A stretch of 64,000 nucleotides of DNA, from assembly GCF_009914755.1 (NCBI RefSeq), contig NC_060933.1; one strand, given 5' to 3'. Shown piece after piece: positions 55,901-64,000 of the stretch (within the stretch, counting starts at the first letter, position 1; each line of letters begins with the position of its first letter). Source of the DNA: the human T2T-CHM13v2.0 reference genome, Homo sapiens. The notes beneath the pieces were generated by a model. It was not told the origin of the DNA. It made no database searches and worked only from the letters and a program-made list of their open reading frames with translations. The translations under genes and the position numbers were made by a program.

Positions 55901-58900
55901 GAAGGGAATGGAATGGAATGGAAACTAATAGAATGGAATCAACCCGAGTGGAATGGAAAGGAAAAGACTGGAATGGAAAGGAATGGAATGGAATGGAATG
56001 GAATGGAATGGAATCAACGCGAGTGCAGGGGAATGGAATGGAATCGAATGGAATGGAATGGAATGGAATGGAATCAACCCGAGTGCAGGGGAATGTAATG
56101 GAACGGAATGCAATGGAATGGAACCATCCGGAATGGAATGGAAAGGAATGGAATGGAATCAACCGGAGTGCAATGGAATGGATTGGAATGGAATGGAATG
56201 GAATGGAACAACCCGAATGGAATGGAATGTAATGGAGAGGTAGGGAGTTGAAAAGAATCAATCCGAATGTAATGGAATGGAGTGGAACGGAATGGAATGG
56301 AATGGAATGGAATGGAATGGAATGGAATGGAATGGAATGCAATGCAATGGAATCAACCCGAGTACAATGGAATGGAATGGAATGGAATGGAATGGAATGG
56401 AATGGAATGGAATGGAATACAATGGAATGGAATCTTCCGGAATGGAATGGAATGGAATGGAATGGAATGCAATGGATTCAACTCGATTGCAATGGAATGT
56501 AATAGAATGGAATGGAATGGAATGGAATGGAATTAAACCGAATAGAATGGAATGGAATGGAATGGAACGGAACGGAACGGAACGGAACGGAACGGAGTGG
56601 AATGGAATGGAATGGAATTGTATGGAATGGAATGGAATGGTACGGAATAGAATGGAATGGAAAGAATTGGAATGGAATGGAATCGAATGGAATGGAATGG
56701 AATGGAATGGAATCAACCCGAGTGCAGGGGAATGTAATGGAACGGAATGCAATGGAATGGAATCATCCGGAATGGAATGGAATGGAATGGAATGGAATGG
56801 AATGGAATGGAATGGAATCAACCCGAGCGCAATGGAATGGAGTGGAATGGAATGGAATGGAATGGAACAACGCGAATGGAATGGAATGTAATGCAGTGTA
56901 AGGGAATAGAATAGAATCAATCCGAATGTAATGGAATGGAATGGAACGGAATGGAATGGAATGGAATGGAATGGAATGGAACAACCCGAATGGAATGGAA
57001 TGTAATGGAGAGTTAGGGAGTTCAATAGAATCAATCCGAATATAATGGAATGGAATGGAATGGAATGGAATGGAATGGAATGGAATGGAATGCAATGGAA
57101 TGGAATCAACCCGAGTACAATGGAACGGAATGTAATGTAATGGAATGGAATGGAATGGAATGGAATGGAATGGAATGGAATCAACCCGAGTGCAATGGAA
57201 TGGAGAGGAATGGAATGGAATTGAATGGAAACTACCCGAATGGAATGGAATGTAATGGAGTGTAAGGGAATTGAATAGAATCAATCCGAATGGAATGGAA
57301 TGGAATGGAAAGGAATGTAATGGAATGGAATGGAATGGAATCAACCCGAGTGCAGGGGAATGGAATGGAAAGGAATGCAATGGAATGGAATCATCCGGAA
57401 TGAAATGGAATGGAATGCAATGGAATGGAATGGAATGGAATCAACCCGAGTGCAATGGAATGGAGTGAAATGGAATGGAATGGAATGGAAACGACCAGAA
57501 TGGATTGGAATATAATGGAGTGTAAGGGAACTGAATAGAATCAATCTGAATGTAATGAAATGGAATGGAACGGAATGGAATGGATTGGAATGGAATGGAA
57601 TGGAATGGAATACAATGCAATGGAATCAACCCGAGTGCAATCGAATGGAATCGAATGGAATGGAATGCAATGGAATGGATTCAACTTGAATGGAATGGAA
57701 AGAATGGAATCAACACGAGTGGAATGGCATGGATTGGAATGGAATGGAATGGGAACACCCCGAGTACAGGGGAATGGAATGGAATGGAATGCAATGGAAT
57801 GGAATCATCCGTAATGGAATGGAAAGGAATGGAATGGAACGGAATGGAATGGAATGGAATGGAATGGAATAAACTCAATTGCAATCGAATGGAATGGAAT
57901 GGAATTAACCCGAATAGAATGGAATGGAATGGAATGGAAAGGAACGGAATGGAATGGAATGGAATGGAAAGGAACGGAATGGAATGGAATGGAATGGAAT
58001 GGAACGGAACGGAATGGAATGGAATGGAATGGAATGGAATTAAATGGAATCAACGCGAGTGCAGGGGAATGGAATGGAATGGAATGCAATGGAACGGAAT
58101 CTTCCGGAATGGAATGGAATTGAATGGAATGAAATGCAATGGATTCAACTCGATTGCAATGGAATGGAATAGAAAGGAATGGAATGGAATGGAATGGAAT
58201 GGAATGGAATGGAATGGAATTAACCCGAATAGAATGGAATGGAATGGAATGGAACGGAATGGAACGGAATGGAATGGAATGGAATGGAATGGAATGGAAT
58301 GGTTTGCAATGGAATGGAATGGTACGGAATAGAATGGAATGGAACGAATTGTAATGGAATGGAATTGAACGGAATGGAATGGAATGGAATGGAATCAACG
58401 CGAGTGCAGGGGAATGTAATGGAACGGAATGCAATGGAATGGAATCATCCGGAATGGAATGGAATGGAATGGAATGGAATGGAATCAATCCGAGTGCAAT
58501 GGAATGGAGTGGAATGGAATGGAATGGAATGGAACAACCCGAATGGAATGGAATGTAATGGAGAGTAAGGGAGTTGAGTAGAATCAATCCGAATGTAATG
58601 GAATGGAATGCAACGGAATGGAATGGAATGGAATGGAATGGAATGGAATGCAAAGGAATGGAATCAACCCGAGTGGAATGGCATGGAATGGAATGCAATG
58701 GATTGGAATGGAATGGAATCAACTCGAGTGGAAAGGAATGGAATGGAATGGAAAGGAATGGAATGAAGTCAACTCGAGTGGAATGGAATGGAATGGAATG
58801 GATTGGAATGGATTGCAATGGAATGGAATGGAATGGAATCAATCATGGAAGGGAATGTAATGGAGTGGAAAGAAGGGAATGGAATCAACCCGAGTGGAAT

Positions 58901-61900
58901 GCAAGGCAATGGAATGGAATGGAAAGGGATGGAATGGAATCAACTCGATTGCAATGGAATGGAATGGAATGGAATGGAAAGGAATGGAATGGAATGAAAT
59001 GGAATGGAATGGAATGCAATGGAATGGAATGGAATGGAATGGAATGGAACGGTACCGAATGGAATGGAATGGAATGGAATGGAATGGAATGGAATGCAAC
59101 GGAAAGGAATTGAATGGAATGGAATGGAATCAACGCGAGTGCAGGGGAATGGAATGGAATGGAATGCAATGGAATGGAATCTTCCGGAATGGAATGGAAT
59201 GGAATGGAATGGAAGGGAATGGAATGGAATAAACCCGAGTGCAATGGAATGGAGTGGAATAGAATGGAATGCAATGGAGCAACCCGAACGGAATGGAATG
59301 TAATGGAGAGTAAGGGAGTTGAATAGAATCAATCCGAATGTAATGGAAAGGAATGGAACGGAATGGAATTGAATGGAATGGAATGGAATGCAAAGGAATG
59401 GTATCAACCCGAGTGCAATGGAATGCAGAGGAATGGAATGGAATGGAATGGAAACTACCCGAATGGAATGGAATGTAATGGAGTGTAAGGGAATTGAATA
59501 GAATCAATCCGAATGTAATGGAATGGAATGGAACGGAATGGAATGGAATGGAATGGAATGGAATGCAATGCAATGGAATGGAATCAACCCGAGTGCAATC
59601 GAATGGAATCGAATGGAATGGAATGCAATGGAATGGAATCATCCGTAATGGAATGGAAAGGAATGGAATGGAATGGAATGGAATGGAATGGAATGGAATG
59701 GAATCAACTCGATTGCAATCGAATGGAATGGAATGGAATTAACCCGAATAGAATGGAATGGAATGGAATGGAACGGAACGGAATGGAATGGAATGGAATG
59801 GAATGGAATGGAACGGAAAAGAAGGGAATGGAATGGAATAGAATGGAATGGAATGGAATCAACGCGAGTGCAGGGGAATGGAATGGAATGGAATGCAATG
59901 GAATGGAATCTTCCGGAATGGAATGGAATGGAATGAAATGCAATGGATTCAACTTGATTGCAATGGAATGTAATAGAATGGAATGGAATGGAATGGAATG
60001 GAATTAACCCGAATAGAATGGAATGGAATGGAATGGAACGGAATGGAACGGAATGGAACGCAATGGAATGGAATGGAATGGAATGGAATGGTATGGAATG
60101 GAATGGAGTGGTACGGAATAGAATGGAATGGAACGAATTGTAATGGAATGGAATTGAATGGAATGGAATGGAATGGAATGGAATCAACGCGAGTGCAGGG
60201 GAATGTAATGGAACGGAATGCAATGGAATGGAATCATCCGGAATGGAATGGAATGGAATGGAATGGAATGGAATCAACCCGAGTGCAATGGAATGGAGTG
60301 GAATGGAATGGAATGGAATGGAACAACCCGAATGGAATGGAATGTAATGGAGAGTAAGGGAGTTGAATAGAATCAATCCGAATGTAATGGAAAGGAATGC
60401 AAAGGAATGCAAAGGAATGGCATGGAATGGAATGCAATGGATTGGAATGGAATGGAATCAACTCGAGTGGAAAGGAATGGAATGGAATGGAAAGGAATGG
60501 AATGAAGTCAACTCGAGTGGAATGGAATGGAATGGAATGGATTGTAATGGATTGCAATGGAATGAAATGGAATGGAATGGAATGGAATCAATCATTCCGA
60601 GTGGAATGGAAGGGAATGTAATGGAGTGGAAAGAAGGGAATGGAATCAACCCGAGTGGAATGCAAGGCAATGGAATGGAATGGAAAGGAATGGAATGGAA
60701 ACAACTCGATTGCAATGGAATGGAATGGAAAGGAATGGAATGGAATGGAATTAACCGGAATAGAATGGAATGGAATGGAATGGAACGGAATGGAATGGAA
60801 TGGGAGGGAATGGAATCAACACGAGTGCAGGGGAATGGAATGGAATGGAATGCAATGGAATGGAATCATCCAGAATGGAATGGAATGGAATGGAATAAAC
60901 TCCATTGCAATGGAATGGAATGGAATGGAATGGAATAGAATGGAATGGAATTAACCCGAATAGAATGGAATGCAATAGAATGGAATGCAACGGAACCGAA
61001 TGGAGTGGAATGGAATGGAATGGAATCAACCCGAGTACAGGGGAATGGAATGGAATGGAATGCAATGGAATGGAGTCATCCGTAATGGAATGGAAAGGAA
61101 TGGAATGGAATGGAATGGAATGGAATGGAATGGAATCAACTCGATGGCAATCGAATGGAATGCAATGGAATTAACCCGAATAGAATGGAATGGAATGGAA
61201 TGGAACGGAACGGAATGGAATTGAATGGAATGGAACGGAATGGAACGGAACGGAATGGAATGGAATGGAATGGAATGGAACGGAATGGAACGGAAAGGAA
61301 GGGAATGGAATGGAACGGAACGGAACGGAACAGAATGGAATGGATTGGAATGGAATGGAATGGAATGGAATGGAACGGAATGGAATGGATTGGAATGGAA
61401 TGGAATGGAATGGAATGGAACGGAACGGAATGGAATGGATTGGAATGGAATGGAATGGAATGGAATGGAACGGAATGGAATGGAATGGAATGGAATGGAA
61501 TCAACGCGAGTGCAGGTGAATGGAATGGAATGGAATGCAATGGAATGGAATCTTCCGGAATGGAATGGAATGGAATGGAATGGAATGGAATGGAATGGAA
61601 TGGAATAAACCCGAGTGCAATGGAATGGAGTGGAATGGAATGGAATGGAATGGAACAACCCGAATGGAATGGAATGTAATGGAGAGTAAGGGAGTTGAAT
61701 AGAATCAATCCGAATGTAATGGAATGGAATGGAACGGAATGGAATTGAATGGAATGGAATGGAATGCAATGGATTGGAATCAACCCGAGTGCAATGGAAT
61801 GGAGGGGAATGGAATGGAATGGAATGGAATGGAAACTACCCGAATGGAATGGAATGTAATGGAGTGTAAGGGAATTGAATAGAATCAATCCGAATGTAAT

Positions 61901-64000
61901 GGAATGGAATGGAACGGAATGGAATCGAATGGAATGGAATGGAATGGAATGGAATGCAATGGAATGGAATCAACCCGAGTGCAATCGAATGGAATCGAAT
62001 GGAATGGCATGCAATGGAATGGATTCAACTTGAATGGAATGGAAAGAATGGAATCAACACGAGTGGAATGGCATGGATTGGAATGGAATGGAATGGAATC
62101 AACCCGAGTACAGGGGAATGGAATGGAATGGAATGCAATGGAATGGAATCATCCAGAATGGAATGGAATGGAATGGAATAAACTCCATTGCAATGGAATG
62201 GAATGGAATGGAATGGAATAGAATGGAATGGAATTAACCCGAATAGAATGGAATGCAATAGAATGGAATGCAACGGAACCGAATGGAGTGGAATGGAATG
62301 GAATGGAATCAACCCGAGTACAGGGGAATGGAATGGAATGGAATGCAATGGAATGGAGTCATCCGTAATGGAATGGAAAGGAATGGAATGGAATGGAATG
62401 GAATGGAATGGAATGGAATGGAATGGAATCAACTCGATGGCAATCGAATGGAATGCAATGGAATTAACCCGAATAGAATGGAATGGAATGGAATGGAACG
62501 GAATGGAATGGAATGGAATGGAATCAACTCGATTGTAATGGAATGGAATGGAATGGAATGGAATGGAATGGAATTAACCTGAATACAATGGAATGGAATG
62601 GAATGGAACGGAATGGAGTGGAATGGAATGGAATCAACCCGAGTGCAGGGGAATGGAATGGAATGGAATGCAATGGAATGGAATCATCCGGAATGGAATG
62701 GAATGGAATGGAATGCAAAGCAATGGAATCAACTCGATTGCAATGGAATGGAATGGAATGGAAAGGAATACATTGGAATCAACCCGAGTGGAATGGAATG
62801 GAAAGGACTGGAATGGAGTGGAATGGAATGGAATGGAATGGAATGCAAAGCAATGGAATCAACTCGATTGCAATGGAATGGAATGGAATGGAAAGGAATA
62901 CATTGGAATCAACCCGAGTGGAATGGAATGGAAAGGACTGGAATGGAGTGGAATGGAATGGAATGGAATCAACTCGATTGGAATGGAATGGAATGGAAAG
63001 GAATTAACCCGAATAGAATGGAATGGAATGGAATGGAACGGAAAGGAACGGAATGGAATGGAATGGAATGGAATGGAATGGAATGGAATGGAATAGAATC
63101 AACCCGACTGCAGGGGAATCGAATGGAATGGAATGCAATGGAATGGATTCAACTTGAATGGAATGGAAAGAATGGAATCAACACGAGTGGAATGGCATGG
63201 ATTGGAATGGAATGGAATGGAATCAACCCGAGTACAGGGGAATGGAATGGAATGGAATGCAATGGAATGGAATCATCCGTAATGGAATGGAAAGGAATGG
63301 AATGGAATGGAATGGAATGGAATGGAATGGAATGGAATGGAATCAACACGAATGCAATCGAATGGAATGGAATGGAATTAACCCGAATAGAATGGAATGG
63401 AATGGAATGGAACGGAACGGAATGGAATGGAATGGAATGGAATGGAACGGAACGGAACGGAATGGAATGGAATGGAATGAAATGCAATGGATCCAACACG
63501 ATTGCAATGGAATGGAATAGAATGGAATGGAATGGAATGGAATGGGATTAACCCGAATAGAATGGAATGGAATGGAATGGAATGGAATGGAACGGAATGC
63601 AACGGAATGGAATGGAATGGAATGGAATGGAATGGAATGGTATGTTATGGAATGGAATGGTACGGAATAGAATGGAGTGGAACGAATTGCAATGGAATGG
63701 AATTGAATGGAATGGAATGGAATGGAATGGAATCAACGCGAGTTCAGGGGAATGTAATGGAACGGAATGCAATGGAATGGAATCATCCGGAATGGAATGG
63801 AATGGAATGGAATGGAATGGAATGGAACGGAATGGAATGGAATGGAATGGAATGGAATGGAATCAACCCGAGTGCAATCGAATGGAATCGAATGGAAAGG
63901 AATGCAATGGAATGGATTCAACTTGAATGGAATGGAAAGAATGGAATCAACACGAGTGGAAGGGCATGGATTGGAATGGAATGGAATGGAATCAACTCGA
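46975..64000 (+). repeat. ~21.2 kb higher-order tandem unit, copy 2 (truncated by window end; corresponds to ~25740-42800)
   Basis: Collinear with copy 1. Differs by about 20 substitutions, by 5-10 bp pentamer count changes, and by a net 60 bp loss at ~60400. Confidence 0.93.

Larger units (their letters stand above)
1..64000 (+). repeat. Human Satellite 3 (HSat3/Sat III)-type (GGAAT)n pericentromeric satellite array, purine-rich strand on +
   Basis: Continuous GGAAT pentamers with variants (GGAAC, GCAAT, GTAAT, AGAAT) and interspersed CAACCCGAGT, CAACTCGATT, CAACGCGAGT and TAACCCGAAT motifs, the established Sat III signature. Long pure GGAAT runs distinguish it from HSat2. Orientation is constant throughout. 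Subfamily, chromosome and species cannot be assigned by eye. Confidence 0.97.

Noticed and set aside
8-63926. Hundreds of ORFs (MEWNG- and FHSIP-repeat peptides, up to 431 aa at 34624-35919)
   Set aside because: (GGAAT)n has no stop codon in any frame and supplies an ATG at nearly every pentamer. The ORFs overlap in all six frames and have no domain content. They were used only as alignment markers.
1-64000. CRISPR-like repeat/spacer pattern (recurrent decamers separated by variable stretches)
   Set aside because: The 'spacers' are pentamer repeats rather than unique sequence, spacing is irregular, there are no cas genes, and the context is eukaryotic satellite.
1-64000. Telomeric, alpha-satellite, HSat2 or DYZ1 identity
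   Set aside because: No TTAGGG arrays, no 171 bp monomer, no HSat2-type ATCATCGAAT pattern, and no ~3.6 kb periodicity.
1-64000. Transposon insertion or inversion breakpoint
   Set aside because: No non-satellite segment, poly(A) tail, target-site duplication or switch to (ATTCC)n was seen. The isolated CATTCC at ~1732, ~39393 and ~60593 is only 6 bp.
1-64000. Assignment to a specific chromosome or HSat3 subfamily (for example 9q12 or an acrocentric short arm)
   Set aside because: This needs k-mer comparison or alignment to T2T assemblies and cannot be supported by eye.

Overview
The whole 64 kb is one uninterrupted, single-orientation array of Human Satellite 3-type DNA (HSat3/Sat III; human or a close great ape): (GGAAT)n on the + strand, punctuated by CAACCCGAGT-family decamers. 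I see no genes, RNA genes, transposons, CRISPR array or inversion, and every ORF in the track is a translation artefact of the pentamer. The information lies in a nested duplication hierarchy readable from diagnostic variants. (i) A near-identical ~21.2 kb tandem unit (~25740-46975, second copy ~46975 to beyond 64000) whose substitutions fall mostly in the first copy. (ii) A very recent ~7.35 kb tandem duplication (~10045-17400-24740) laid over 4.4 kb and 5.4 kb repeats and a ~2.1 kb unit. (iii) An older ~2.4 kb tandem pair. (iv) Several 35-330 bp duplications. One recurrent variant, gGAAt-cTTCc-gGAAt, is a perfect canonical heat-shock element. I found no novel coding or defence system. All coordinates and counts were read by eye and from ORF-track offsets, so breakpoints are approximate.
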